Of a stretch of 64,000 nucleotides of DNA, positions 21,041 to 32,925 are shown one piece after another; the first letter of the stretch is position 1; every line of letters begins with the position of its first letter. The position numbers and the translations under genes are program-made. Under the pieces are notes generated by a model. The model was not told the origin of the DNA and did not search any database. It saw only the letters and a list, made by a program, of their open reading frames with translations. Location: positions 160,001 through 224,000 of the forward strand of contig CAVYCN010000006.1 of assembly GCA_963767005.1 (NCBI GenBank), given 5' to 3'. The stretch is from an uncultured Actinomycetes bacterium (GTDB lineage Bacteria; Actinomycetota; Thermoleophilia; UBA2241).

Positions 21041-22105
21041 CTACAGCGCCGCGATCACGCGGTCGGTCATTTCGGCAGTGGTCAGCACGGGCTCGCCCGG
21101 GGCGGCGATGTCGGCCGTGCGCGCGCCGGCGGCGAGCGCCGTCTCGACGGCGCTCTCGACGGCGCGCGCCGCGTCGGGCAGGCCGAGCGAGAGCTCGAGC
21201 ATCAGGGCCGCCGAGAGGATGGTGGCGCAGGGGTTCACGACGCCGCGCCCGGCGATGTCGGGCGCCGAGCCGTGGATGGGCTCGTAGAGCGACACGCCGC
21301 CGGCGCCCACGCTGGCGCTGGGCAGCATGCCGATGCTGCCGGTGAGCATGGCGGCTTCGTCGGACAGGATGTCGCCGAACAGGTTCTCGGTCGCGATCAC
21401 GTCGAACTGGCGCGGGTCGCGGATGAGCTGCATGGCGCAGTTGTCGACGTACATGTGGCGCAGCTCGATGTCGGGGTGGCGCGCGGCGGCGCGCAGCGCC
21501 GCCGCGCGCCACAGCCGCGAGCTCTCGAGCACGTTGGCCTTGTCGACCGAGTGCACCAGGCCGCGCCGCCGGGCGGCGAGGCCGAAGGCGTAGTCGAGCA
21601 GGCGGTCGCACTCGGCCGCCGTGTAGAGCATGGTGTCGTAGGCCGAGTCGCCGACCCGCTCGCGCTTGCCGAAGTAGACGCCGCCGGTGAGCTCGCGCAC
21701 CACGACCAGGTCGACGCCGGCGATGGTGCCGGCCTTGATCGTGCTGTTGCCGGCGAGGGCGGCGAAGCTGCGGACCGGGCGCAGGTTGGCGAACAGCTCG
21801 AGGCCCTTGCGCAGGCCGAGCAGGCCCTGCTCGGGGCGCGGTTTGTCGGGGTCGGTCGACTCCCACTTCGGGCCGCCGACGGCGCCGAGCAGCACCGCGT
21901 CGCAGGCCCGGCAGCGCTCGTAGAGGCCGTCCTCGGTGTGCGTGCCGAGGTCGTCGATCGCGGCGCCGCCGAGCAGGCCCCGCTCGTAGGCGAGCGAGAA
22001 GTCGAAGCGCTCGCCGGCCGCCGCGAGCACGCGCTGCGCGGCCGCCACGATCTCGGGGCCGACGCCGTCGCCGGCCAGCACCATCACCCGAAACGAGGCG
22101 GTCAC
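21041..22105 (-). CDS. leuB: 3-isopropylmalate dehydrogenase
   Basis: [39 protein letters not shown]. Confidence 0.96.
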   Translation of the reverse strand: MTASFRVMVLAGDGVGPEIVAAAQRVLAAAGERFDFSLAYERGLLGGAAIDDLGTHTEDGLYERCRACDAVLLGAVGGPKWESTDPDKPRPEQGLLGLRKGLELFANLRPVRSFAALAGNSTIKAGTIAGVDLVVVRELTGGVYFGKRERVGDSAYDTMLYTAAECDRLLDYAFGLAARRRGLVHSVDKANVLESSRLWRAAALRAAARHPDIELRHMYVDNCAMQLIRDPRQFDVIATENLFGDILSDEAAMLTGSIGMLPSASVGAGGVSLYEPIHGSAPDIAGRGVVNPCATILSAALMLELSLGLPDAARAVESAVETALAAGARTADIAAPGEPVLTTAEMTDRVIAAL

Positions 22106-22175
22106 GAGCGGCCTCCGCTGGTCACGGCCGGCACTCGGCCGGGCGTTTCGGGCGCGGGCCGCCGCGGGCCGGGGC

Positions 22176-22688
22176 TCATGCCCCGCCCTCGGCCAGGCGC
22201 GCCTTGACGTAGGGCAGCAGGCCGCCGCTGGCGATCAGCTCCTGCATGAACGGCGGGAACGCGTCGCCCTGGTGCCTGGTGCCGCGCGTCAGGTTTTCGA
22301 CCAGGCCGGCGACCGCGTCGACCCGCAGGCGGTCGCCCGCCTGGGCCTCGGCCGCGGCGGCCGGACAGACTACGATCGGCAGGCCGATATTGAGCGCGTT
22401 GCGGTAGAAGATGCGGGCAAAGGAGGCGGCCACCACGCAGGAGACGCCGGCCGCCTTGATGGCGAGCGGGGCGTGCTCGCGCGAGCTGCCGCAGCCGAAG
22501 TTCTCGCGGGCGACGATCACGTCGCCCGGCTGCACGCGAGCCACGAAGCCGGCGTCGATGTCCTCCATGCAGTGCGCGCCGAGCTCGGCCGGGTCGCTCG
22601 AGTTGAGGTAGCGGGCCGGGATGATGACGTCGGTGTCGACGTCGCGCCCGTAGGCGTGGACCGTGCCCTCGAAGACCATGCCGGTCAC
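22176..22688 (-). CDS. leuD: 3-isopropylmalate dehydratase small subunit
   Basis: [31 protein letters not shown]. Confidence 0.95.
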   Translation of the reverse strand: MTGMVFEGTVHAYGRDVDTDVIIPARYLNSSDPAELGAHCMEDIDAGFVARVQPGDVIVARENFGCGSSREHAPLAIKAAGVSCVVAASFARIFYRNALNIGLPIVVCPAAAAEAQAGDRLRVDAVAGLVENLTRGTRHQGDAFPPFMQELIASGGLLPYVKARLAEGGA

Positions 22689-23997
22689 GACGCACCTCCC
22701 GCGCTCACGCCACGAGCCACCGCGCCCACCATGTCGGGCGTGGCCACGTGCCCGGCGATCGCCGAGGCGGCCGCCACGTAGGGGCTCGCCAGATAGACCT
22801 CGCTGCCGGGATGGCCCATGCGGCCCACGAAGTTGCGGTTGGTGGTGGCCACGGCGCGCTCGCCCTCGGCGAGGACGCCCATGTGGCCGCCCAGGCAGGG
22901 CCCGCAGGTCGGCGTGCTGAAGGCGCCGCCGGCCTCGATCAGGGCCGCCATGGTGCCGTCGGCCAGGGCGTCGAGGCAGACCTGCTGGGTGCCCGGCAGG
23001 ATGACGAGGCGCACGTCGGGATGGACCGTACGGCCGCGCAGCACCTCGACCGCCTGGTGCAAGTCCTCGAGGCGGCCGTTCGTGCACGAGCCGATCACGA
23101 CCTGGTCGATGCGCACGTCGGCGAGGCTCGCCGCCGGCGCCGTGTTGGAGGGCAGGTGCGGCGCCGCCACGGTCGGCTCGACGGCCGCCGCGTCGATCTC
23201 GATCTCGCGCGCGTAGACCGCGTCGGGATCGCTGTTGCACTCGGCCCCGCCGGTGCGGCCGCGGCTGCCGGCCGGGCGCTCGCGCAGGTAGGCAGCGGTG
23301 GTCTCGTCGTAGCCGACGAGGCCGCACTTGGCGCCGGCCTCGATCGCCATGTTGCACATCGTGAAGCGCCCGTCGATGCTCATGCGCTTGATGGCCGGGC
23401 CGGTGAGCTCCATCGCCTGGTAGAGGGCGCCGTCGACGCCGATCAGGCCGATCGTGTGGAGCATGAGGTCCTTGCCGCCGACGTAGCGCTGCGGCAGGTT
23501 GTGGTAGACGAAGCGGATGCTCTCGGGCACCCGCAGCCAGACGCGGCCCCAGGCCATGGCGGCCGCGAAGTCGGTCGAGCCGATGCCGGTCGAGAAGGCG
23601 GCGAGGGCGCCGTACGTGCAGGTGTGCGAGTCGGCGCCGACCACGACGTCGCCGGGCGCCACGAGCCCCTGCTCGGGCAGCAGCACGTGCTCGATGCCGA
23701 CGCGGCCGACCTCCCAGTAGTGCTCGAGGTGCTGCCTGCGGGCGAACTCGCGCATGAGCTTGGCCTGGCCGGCCGCCTTGATGTCCTTGTTGGGCGTGAA
23801 GTGGTCGGGCACGAGGACCACCTTCGCCGGGTCGAAGACGCGCTCGAAGCCGGCCCTCTCGAACTCGGCGATGCCGATCGGTGCCGTCACATCGTTGGCC
23901 AGGGCCAGGTCGACGCGGGCCTCGACGATGTCGCCGGGCCAGACCTCGTCGCGGCCCGACGCGCGCGCCAGGATCTTCTCTACGATCGTGTGTCCCA

Positions 23998-23998
<1 letters not shown>
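22685..23998 (-). CDS. leuC: 3-isopropylmalate dehydratase large subunit (short LeuC type)
   Basis: [33 protein letters not shown]. Confidence 0.95.
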
Positions 23999-25632
<1,634 letters not shown>

Positions 25633-25663
25633 GGCTCACTCCTCTCCAGGCTCGGCGACACGC

Positions 25664-25851
25664 AAAAACGGCGCCCTGAGCGCTGGCGATGACGGTCCTG
25701 CAAGAACGAGAGTCGGATGGCCGAGCGGCCGCAGGTGTTAGGCATCCCCCCGCGGGGGGAGGAGGAGCGCGCCGAGGACGGACAGGGGCCGGACATGGAT
25801 GGGGCCCTCCTGACGGGTGTCGCTTGTCGTCCTGCTGCGCATGGTCCGGCA
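25664..25851 (-). promoter_or_regulatory. Candidate leuA attenuator with leader peptide (25738-25842)
   Basis: TACAAT-N9-ATG; 34-aa MRSRTTSDTRQEGPIHVRPLSVLGALLLPPRGDA with CTC-CTC-CTC; GC hairpin plus TTTTT just before the leuA SD. Confidence 0.6.
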
Positions 25852-25864
25852 ATTGTATGCGGGC

Positions 25865-25898
25865 GGGCGAGGGCGGCGCAAGCGCGCCGCCCTCGCCC
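25865..25898 (-). terminator. GC-rich hairpin after serA
   Basis: 15-bp arms gggcgagggcggcgc / gcgccgccctcgccc, 4-nt loop. Confidence 0.65.
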
Positions 25899-25913
25899 TT
25901 CTCCCCCGCGCCG

Positions 25914-27512
25914 CTACAGCCGCACGCGCTTGCCGTCGTGCAGGCCGGCCTCGCGGATCAGGCCCTGGAGGTCCTCCTGGGGGATCGGCGAGTCGAGCGT
26001 GAGCGCCATCACGGCCTTGCGGTCGGCCAGGGTGCGGCCCACCGACATCTGGGCGATGTTGATGCCCAGAGCGCCGAGCTTGGTGCCGATCTTGCCTATC
26101 ATGCCGGGCACGTCGTCGTAGCGCAGAAAGACCATGTGCTCGGCCGGCTCGATGTCGACGTCCTGGCCGTAGATGCGCACCAGGCGCGGCTTGTGCTTGG
26201 GCCCGATCGCGGTCGCCGACAGCGCCAGGTCGCCGCCGCGGTCGCGGCTCGTCACGGTGATCAGGTTGAGGTAGTCGACCGCCTCGGGCTTGCGGACCTC
26301 CTTGAAGGTGATGCCGCGCTCCTCGGCCATGGCCGTCACGTTGACGAAGTTGACCTCGCCCTCGACCACGTTCGAGAGCACGCCGGAGAGCACGCTCAGC
26401 GCCAGGATGCGGGTGTCGTAGCGGCTGATCACGCCCTCGTAGGTGATCTCGAGGGCCTCGACTGGGCCTTCGGCGAGCTGCACCGTGGCCTTGCCGAGCA
26501 GCTCGCAGGCGCGCAGGTAGGGCAGCAGCTCGTCGGCCTCGTCGCCGAGGGTGAGCGGCACGTTCACGGCGTTGGGCGCGAACTGGCCCTTGAGCGCCAG
26601 GGCGACCTGCTCGGCGACCTGGGTGCCGGCCCGGAGCTGCGCCTCCTTGGTGGAGGCGCCCAGGTGCGGCGTGCTCACCACCTGGTCGTAGGCGAGCAGC
26701 GGGTCGTCGGTGGTGGGCTCGGTGGGCCACACGTCGATCGCGGCGCCGGCGACCTTGCCGCTCTCGAGGGCGCGCCCGAGCGCCGCCTCGTCGATGATCC
26801 CGCCGCGCGCCACGTTGATGACGCGCACGCCGTCCTTCATGGCGGCGAAAGCCGCATCGCCGATGAAGCCGATCGTCTCGGCGTTCTTGGGCAGGTGCAC
26901 GGTGACGAAGTCGGCCACGGCGTAGACCGCCTCGGCCGTGTCGGCGCGCTGCAGGCCGAGCTCGCGGAAGCGCTCGGCCGGCACGAACGGGTCGAAGGCC
27001 ACCACGTGCATGCCTAGACCGCGGGCTCGCTCGGCCACGAGAAAGCCGATGCGCCCCAGGCCGATGATGCCGAGGGTCTTGTCGGCGAGCTCGACACCGC
27101 CGTACTTGGAGCGGTCCCAGCGGCCCGCCTTGAGGGCGCCGTGGGCCTGCGGGATGTTGCGGGCGCAGGCCATCAGCATGGCGATCGTGTGCTCGGCCGC
27201 CGACAGCACGTTGCTGGCCGGCGCGTTCACCACGATGATGCCGCGCCTGGTGGCCGCCGGCACGTCGACGTTGTCGACACCCACGCCGGCGCGACCCACT
27301 ACCTTGAGGTTGCGCGCCGCCTCGATCACCTCGGCCGTCACCTTGGTGGCCGAGCGCACGAGCAGGGCGTCGTAGTCGCCGATGCGCGCGAGGAACTCCT
27401 CGGGCGTCCAGTCGAGCCCGGTGTCGACGGCGAAGCCCTGCTCCTTCAGGTAGGCGATGCCCTCGGGGGCGAGCTTCTCCTTGACCAGGACCTTCTTGGG
27501 CTCGTCGCTCAC
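25914..27512 (-). CDS. serA: D-3-phosphoglycerate dehydrogenase (long type with ACT domain)
   Basis: RAGVGVDNVD, GLGRIG, NVARGG, TPHLGAST, DVPGMIGKIG. Confidence 0.95.
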   Translation of the reverse strand: MSDEPKKVLVKEKLAPEGIAYLKEQGFAVDTGLDWTPEEFLARIGDYDALLVRSATKVTAEVIEAARNLKVVGRAGVGVDNVDVPAATRRGIIVVNAPASNVLSAAEHTIAMLMACARNIPQAHGALKAGRWDRSKYGGVELADKTLGIIGLGRIGFLVAERARGLGMHVVAFDPFVPAERFRELGLQRADTAEAVYAVADFVTVHLPKNAETIGFIGDAAFAAMKDGVRVINVARGGIIDEAALGRALESGKVAGAAIDVWPTEPTTDDPLLAYDQVVSTPHLGASTKEAQLRAGTQVAEQVALALKGQFAPNAVNVPLTLGDEADELLPYLRACELLGKATVQLAEGPVEALEITYEGVISRYDTRILALSVLSGVLSNVVEGEVNFVNVTAMAEERGITFKEVRKPEAVDYLNLITVTSRDRGGDLALSATAIGPKHKPRLVRIYGQDVDIEPAEHMVFLRYDDVPGMIGKIGTKLGALGINIAQMSVGRTLADRKAVMALTLDSPIPQEDLQGLIREAGLHDGKRVRL

Positions 27513-28663
27513 AGCGCCACCTCGCTCTTCATGAAGACCTGCTCGGCGGCGCCCACGGAGGCGCCCCACCTGACGTCGTAGCCCAGCTCGGCGAGCACCA
27601 TCTCGACGACCGACAGTCCGACCACGATGTCGGAGGCGCCGAAGTAGCCGCAGTGGCCGAAGCGGAAGATCTGACCCTTGAGGCGGCCCTGGCCGCCGGC
27701 CAGCCACACGCCGTAGCGGTCGCGCGCGAGCTTGCCGATCTTGCCGCCGTCGACGCCGGCCGGCACCTTGACGGCCGTGACCGAGTTGGCGGCCGGGTCG
27801 TCGGGGCCGAACAGCTCGAGGCCGAGCGCCTTGACGCCCTCTTTGCAACCCCGGCTGAGCACCGCGTGGCGGGTGAACACGTTGGGGAGGCCCTCGGCCC
27901 GGATCATCTCGATCGCCTTGTTCAGCATGACGAACAGCGAGACGGCCGGCGTGAACGGCGTCTGACCGTCCTTGGCCTTGTCGCGGTAGGACGGCCAGTC
28001 GAAGTAGAAGCGCGGCTGGATGGCCGCCGCGACGACCTTCCAGGCCTTCTCGCTCACGGCGACGCTGGCCAGGCCGGGCGGGATCATGAGCGCCTTCTGC
28101 GAACCGGCCACACAGACGTCGACCTGCCACTCGTCGGTCGGCAGGTCGGTCGCGCCCAGGCCGGAGATGGCGTCGACCACGAGGATCGCCGGGGTGCGGG
28201 CCACGATCTCGCCGATCGCCTTGATGTCGTTGACCACGCCGGTCGAGGTCTCGGAGAACTGCGTGTAGACGGCCTTGGCCTCGGGGTGGTCGGCCAGGGC
28301 CTGAGCGATGGCGGCCGGATCGGCCTTGGTGCCCCACTCGAAGTCGAGGGCGACGACGTTGGCGCCCCACTTCTTGTTGAGTTTCACCCAGCGCTCGCCG
28401 AAGTTGCCGACCGACGCGACGATCACGGTGTCGCCGGGGTTCACGACGTTGACCACGGCCGACTCCATGGCGCCCGTGCCGGAGGCGGCGAAGATCACGA
28501 CGTCGTTGCTCGTCTGGTAGACGTACTGCAGGCCGGCGACGCACTCGTGGAAGATCTCGACGAAGCGCGGCGCGCGGTGGTGCACGATGGGCTCGGCGCC
28601 GGCGAGCAGGACCTCGGGCGGCACCGGCGTGGGGCCCGGGGTGATGAGAAAGCGCTTCAGCAT
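27509..28663 (-). CDS. Class V aminotransferase (AGT/serine-pyruvate family; probable phosphoserine aminotransferase role)
   Basis: TPGPT, SGTGAMES, VDAIS, GSQKAL PLP lysine, FRFGH; coupled to serA. Confidence 0.88.
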   Translation of the reverse strand: MLKRFLITPGPTPVPPEVLLAGAEPIVHHRAPRFVEIFHECVAGLQYVYQTSNDVVIFAASGTGAMESAVVNVVNPGDTVIVASVGNFGERWVKLNKKWGANVVALDFEWGTKADPAAIAQALADHPEAKAVYTQFSETSTGVVNDIKAIGEIVARTPAILVVDAISGLGATDLPTDEWQVDVCVAGSQKALMIPPGLASVAVSEKAWKVVAAAIQPRFYFDWPSYRDKAKDGQTPFTPAVSLFVMLNKAIEMIRAEGLPNVFTRHAVLSRGCKEGVKALGLELFGPDDPAANSVTAVKVPAGVDGGKIGKLARDRYGVWLAGGQGRLKGQIFRFGHCGYFGASDIVVGLSVVEMVLAELGYDVRWGASVGAAEQVFMKSEVAL

Positions 28664-28948
28664 GGTCGTCCTTTCAGGTTCTCGGTCGGGGCCCGCGCAA
28701 GGCGCGGGCGGCGGGCGAAAGACGTTGGCCGAGTGGTACCCGCGGGCGGCGAGTGCCGGACGGCCGGCGGGTCAGACAGGGCACGATCGGGCGATCGTGT
28801 CGCGCGGCAGGAGCAGGGCGCGGCGCAGGGCGTAGGGCGCGTGCAGCTCGCGACGCCGGAAGGGGCGGCGGCCGTGGCACGCGACGGCGTCGTCGCACGA
28901 CGGCAGGGCACAAGAAGCAGAGTGAGGGTAAGGGTGGTGGGCGGAGTC

Positions 28949-28992
28949 CGGCTGGGACGGGCGGGGACCACAGCCCCCGCCCGTCCCAGCCG
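28949..28992 (-). promoter_or_regulatory. Perfect 18-bp stem-loop in the serine operon leader
   Basis: cggctgggacgggcgggg / ccccgcccgtcccagccg, 8-nt loop, directly after the UGA of a 9-codon uORF (29022-28993). Confidence 0.55.
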
Positions 28993-29073
28993 TCACGACG
29001 GGCGATGTGTCGAGTCTCGCATGGCCGGCAGCATAAACGACGGGCCGCGCGGGTGTCCAGTGGTGAGCGCGGG

Positions 29074-29139
29074 GGCCGTCACGCCGCGGCGAGCCACGTG
29101 CGCACAGGCCGTCACGCCGCGGCGGGCAACGTGCACACG
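29074..29139. repeat. Imperfect 33-bp tandem duplication
   Basis: ggccgtcacgccgcggcgagccacgtgcgcaca then ggccgtcacgccgcggcgggcaacgtgcacacg. Confidence 0.7.
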
Positions 29140-29143
29140 CGCC

Positions 29144-29299
29144 TTAGCGGCGCGCGAACATGACGCTGGTGAGCACCTGCCCGATGATCGCCATCACGCT
29201 CAGGACCATGAAGAGCTGGTCGCGGGTCGCCAGGAACAGCATGAAGAACGTGGCCCAGATGAAGACGCCGACCACCCGCGCGATATTCCGAGTACTCAT
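29144..29299 (-). CDS. Small 2-TM membrane protein (51 aa)
   Basis: MSTRNIARVVGVFIWATFFMLFLATRDQLFMVLSVMAIIGQVLTSVMFARR, AAGGAG SD; below the ORF-track cutoff. Confidence 0.7.
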   Translation of the reverse strand: MSTRNIARVVGVFIWATFFMLFLATRDQLFMVLSVMAIIGQVLTSVMFARR

Positions 29300-29524
29300 C
29301 CCCTCTCCTTGTATGTGCCCGATGGACCGGCGGCCTCGTGCCGGCGCCGACGGCAGCGTGAGTATCGGCAGCCCACCCTCCGCGCCTTGAGCACTTTATC
29401 CATCGCAATCGTACGAAGGATGGTTCCGGCGCGACGCCGGACGACCATCCGAGGTGAGTCCCACGGCGCGAGGATCAGGGCACGACGATGATGGATGCGT
29501 AGAAGGGGGCCGCCGAAAGCGCAA

Positions 29525-29556
29525 GCGGCCCCGGCGGCACACGCCGCCGGGGCCGC
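29525..29556 (-). terminator. Hairpin after ilvC
   Basis: gcggccccggcggc-acac-gccgccggggccgc. Confidence 0.6.
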
Positions 29557-29595
29557 TGTTCCGACCGACCGTTGCGCGAAGTGCGCTCCGAGCGC

Positions 29596-30600
29596 TCAGG
29601 CGTCGAGGTCGAACCCGCGCTCGCCGATCCAGCTCATCATGCCGCGCAGCTTCTTGCCGACGATCTCGATCTGGTGCTCCTTGCCCTGCTGCTGGAGCGC
29701 GTTGAAGACCGGCCGGCCGGCCTGGTTCTCGAGGATCCACTCGCGGGCAAAGGCGCCCGAGCGGATGTCGGCCAGCATGCGCCGCATGCGGTCGCGCGTG
29801 TCCTCGTCGATCACGACCGGCCCGCGGGTGAGGTCGCCGTACTCGGCCGTGTCGCTGATCGAGTAGCGCATGCCGCTGATGCCCTGCTCCCAGATGAGGT
29901 CGACGATCAGCTTGAGCTCGTGCAGGCACTCGAAGTAGGCGATCTCGGGCTGGTAGCCCGCCTCGACCAGCGTGTCGAAGCCGGCCATGATGAGCTCGGT
30001 CACGCCGCCACAGAGCACGGCCTGCTCGCCGAACAGGTCGGTCTCGGTCTCCTCTTCGAAGCTGGTCTCGATCACACCGGCGCGCGTGGCGCCGATGCCC
30101 TTGGCGTAGGCCAGGGCGAGGTCCTTCGCCTTGCCGCTCGCGTCCTGGAACACGGCGATCAGCGAGGGCACGCCCTTGCCCTCTTCGTACTGGCGCCGCA
30201 CCAGGTGGCCGGGGCCCTTGGGGGCGACCATGATGACGTCGACGTCCTTGGGCGGCACGATCTGGTTGAAGTGGATGTTGAAGCCGTGGGCGAACATGAG
30301 GACCTTGCCGGCCTTCAGCTTGGCGGCGACGTCGCTCTTGTAGAGGCGCGCCTGCACGTCGTCGGGCACGAGCATGATGATCATGTCGCCGCGCTCGGCC
30401 GCGGCGGCCGCCGAGAGGATCTCGAAGCCGGCCTTCTGGGCGCGCTCGGCATTGGGCGTGCCTGGCAGGTCGGACACGACCACGTTGACGCCCGAGTCGC
30501 GCAGGTTCTGGGCGTGGGCGTGACCCTGGCTGCCGAAGCCGATCACGGCGACGGTCTTGCCTTTGATCAGGCCGAGATCAGCGTCTGCGTCGTAGTACAT
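29596..30600 (-). CDS. ilvC: Ketol-acid reductoisomerase
   Basis: [45 protein letters not shown]. Confidence 0.97.
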   Translation of the reverse strand: MYYDADADLGLIKGKTVAVIGFGSQGHAHAQNLRDSGVNVVVSDLPGTPNAERAQKAGFEILSAAAAAERGDMIIMLVPDDVQARLYKSDVAAKLKAGKVLMFAHGFNIHFNQIVPPKDVDVIMVAPKGPGHLVRRQYEEGKGVPSLIAVFQDASGKAKDLALAYAKGIGATRAGVIETSFEEETETDLFGEQAVLCGGVTELIMAGFDTLVEAGYQPEIAYFECLHELKLIVDLIWEQGISGMRYSISDTAEYGDLTRGPVVIDEDTRDRMRRMLADIRSGAFAREWILENQAGRPVFNALQQQGKEHQIEIVGKKLRGMMSWIGERGFDLDA

Positions 30601-30655
30601 CTGCACGTCTCCTTCTCGTGACGCCCCGCCGGGGCGACTGCACTCGGAACTTGGA

Positions 30656-30684
30656 ACTTTACTTCGTCGGGCCGCGCGCGGCAA
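30656..30684 (-). promoter_or_regulatory. Putative ilvC promoter
   Basis: TTGCCG-N17-TAAAGT on the minus strand. Confidence 0.5.
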
Positions 30685-30808
30685 CGCGACCGGGAGCGTC
30701 AGAACGTCGACGCGGCACCCATCAGGAGGGCCCGGGGGTGCGGGGAGGGTGGAGCATGGTGCAGGCTGCGTACCACGCGGCGAAGCCTACGCCGCTCGAC
30801 GTACGGTG

Positions 30809-31387
30809 TCACGAAGGGGGCAGGACGCGCTCGATGCGCCGGTCGGGCACCAGCCAGAGCGCAGCGACGGCGATGTAGAGCGCGTTGCTTGCCACGGGCG
30901 ACGCGAACGCGAGCGGGATCGCGGCGGCGTACATCAGCGGCGAGATCTTGCCCTTGAGGTCGCGGCCCACGGCGGCGGCCAGAAGCGAGCCGGGGCCCTG
31001 CCCGGCGATGATCGTGCGCTGCAGCACGTAGTAGGCGATCGCGGCGAGCAGCAGGACGGTCCCGTAGACGGCCGTCGGCAGGGCCGCGAAGTCGCTGCCG
31101 CCCATCCAGCCGGTCGCGAACGGAAACAGCGAGAGCCAGAACAGCAGCGCCAGGTTGGCCCAGAGCACGCCGCCCGTGACGCGCTCGGTCACGTGCAGCA
31201 TGTGGTGGTGGTTGTTCCAGTAGATGCCGAGGTAGACGAAGCTCAGGACGTAGCTGAAGAAGATCGAGCGCTCGGACCACAGGGCACCGAGGTCGGTGCC
31301 GTGCGGCGGCCGCAGCTCGAGTACGCTGATCGTGATGATGATGGCGAGCACGCCGTCGCTGAACGCCTCGAGCCTGCCGGTCCCCAC
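30809..31387 (-). CDS. TMEM175 family K+ channel
   Basis: RLEAFSDGVLAIIITI (RxxxFSD), YWNNHHH, SLFPF. Confidence 0.92.
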   Translation of the reverse strand: MGTGRLEAFSDGVLAIIITISVLELRPPHGTDLGALWSERSIFFSYVLSFVYLGIYWNNHHHMLHVTERVTGGVLWANLALLFWLSLFPFATGWMGGSDFAALPTAVYGTVLLLAAIAYYVLQRTIIAGQGPGSLLAAAVGRDLKGKISPLMYAAAIPLAFASPVASNALYIAVAALWLVPDRRIERVLPPS

Positions 31388-31459
31388 ACAGCCTCCTGAA
31401 GAGCGCGGGCGGGGCGGGCGGCCGGCGCCGCCGGCCGCCCGCCCCGCCCGTCGTGTCTT

Positions 31460-32020
31460 TCAGGGCATGGTACCCACGGCGGCGAGGGCGGAGAGCTTGA
31501 CCATCGTCGTCCAGTTGCGGCTCGTCACGCCGTCGCCCAGCGCGGCGTTCACCGCCGCCGAGACGCGGCTCGCGATGACCCCGTCGGGACACCACAGGTA
31601 GGTGACCCGGCGACCGAGGACGAGCGCCTCGGCGCCCCAGTCGAGCGCGGCGAGCGGCGCGAGCGCGGCCAGGCCGGCCGCGTCGGCCGGGACGGCGACG
31701 AGCAGGCGTGAGGGGTTGACCGCGACCCCCGCAAACGGGTCGACGGCGACCGCCGCGGCGAGCTCGGCGGCGGTGAGTACGACGACCCGGCACGACACGC
31801 CGAGCCGTTCGGCGAGCGCCGCCTCGATACACGCCGCGGCGACGGCCGGGGTCACGCCGGGCGCGCGGTACACCACGTTGCCGCTGTTCATGAGGGTGCG
31901 GACGTCGTGGTAGCCGAGGTCGCCGACGAGTGCCCGCAGGTCGGCCATGGCGACGCGCTTGGCCGGGCCGACGTTGACGCCACGCAGCAGGGCCGCCTGG
32001 ATGTCGCCGGACGTCGCCAC
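31460..32020 (-). CDS. DUF1697 family protein
   Basis: ALLRGVNVG, VRTLMNSGNVV, TSRNWTT. Confidence 0.88.
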   Translation of the reverse strand: MATSGDIQAALLRGVNVGPAKRVAMADLRALVGDLGYHDVRTLMNSGNVVYRAPGVTPAVAAACIEAALAERLGVSCRVVVLTAAELAAAVAVDPFAGVAVNPSRLLVAVPADAAGLAALAPLAALDWGAEALVLGRRVTYLWCPDGVIASRVSAAVNAALGDGVTSRNWTTMVKLSALAAVGTMP

Positions 32021-32029
32021 GGGGCCCTT

Positions 32030-32446
32030 CTAGAAGCGCAGCCTGGCCCCGGTCGCGGTGCCGCGGCCGCCGCTCGGGAGCGGCGCGCCCGCGGCGTCGA
32101 ACGCCTCGTAGCTCACCGTCGACGCGTAGGTCTGGCCGTCGTCGGCGACCGTGATCGTCTCGAGGAACACGCCGCGCCCGGCGGGCAGCCAGCCGCCGCC
32201 GGCCGTGAGCTCGTCGACGGCCCCCGGCGCCGCGGTCGGGTAGAACTCGTACCTGGCCTCGAAGCGGCCCGGTCCCACCTGGCGCCAGATGCCGTAGGCG
32301 GGCGGCACCGGCGGCGCCGCGTCGTAGTTCGACGACTCGGTCATGGTGCCGCCGAGGTTGAAGACGTACATGAACTCGAGCCCCTCGACGGCGGCGAAGT
32401 CGCCGCTCTCGAAGGCCATGCGAGCCCGCCACTGGCCTACGAGCAC
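32030..32446 (-). CDS. Hypothetical beta-barrel-like protein
   Basis: 138-aa ORF overlapping the ilvN stop; FNLGGT, GIWRQVG. Confidence 0.6.
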   Translation of the reverse strand: MLVGQWRARMAFESGDFAAVEGLEFMYVFNLGGTMTESSNYDAAPPVPPAYGIWRQVGPGRFEARYEFYPTAAPGAVDELTAGGGWLPAGRGVFLETITVADDGQTYASTVSYEAFDAAGAPLPSGGRGTATGARLRF

Positions 32447-32925
32447 TAGCCGCGCCCCCGCCCGATCGCCACCATGCCTGTGCGGGTGACCTCGACGATG
32501 CCCAGGGGCTGCAGCATCTCGAGCAGCGCCTCGAGCTTGTCGCTGGTGCCGACCACGCGCAGCACCACGCTGCGGCGTTCGACATCGACGATCTTGGCCT
32601 TGAAGATCTCAGCGATCTGCAGCGCGTCGGTGCGCTTGTCGCCCTCGGCCGCGACGCGCACCAGCATGAGCTCGGCGCTCACCGTGTTCGCCGGGTCCAG
32701 GTCGCGGATCTTCACGACGTTGATGAGCTTGTGGAGCTGCTTGGTGACCTGATCGATGGGATGCTCGGCGCCATCGATCGAGATCGTCATGCGCGACAGA
32801 CGCGGGTCCTCGCTCTCGCCGACCGCCAGGCTCTCGATGTTGAAGCCACGCCGGGCGAACAGGCCGGCCACCCGCGTGAGCACGCCCGGCTTGTTCTCGA
32901 CGAGCACCGACAGCGTGTGCTTCAT
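32446..32925 (-). CDS. ilvN: Acetolactate synthase small subunit
   Basis: [33 protein letters not shown]. Confidence 0.96.
   Translation of the reverse strand: MKHTLSVLVENKPGVLTRVAGLFARRGFNIESLAVGESEDPRLSRMTISIDGAEHPIDQVTKQLHKLINVVKIRDLDPANTVSAELMLVRVAAEGDKRTDALQIAEIFKAKIVDVERRSVVLRVVGTSDKLEALLEMLQPLGIVEVTRTGMVAIGRGRG

Noticed and set aside
25633-25913. T-box riboswitch upstream of leuA
   Set aside because: No GGTGGNACCGCG T-box sequence seen on the minus strand; a leader-peptide model fits better
30646-30659. GGAACTT direct repeat as an ECF sigma promoter
   Set aside because: Wrong strand for ilvC and no properly spaced -10; overlaps a better minus-strand sigma70 -10
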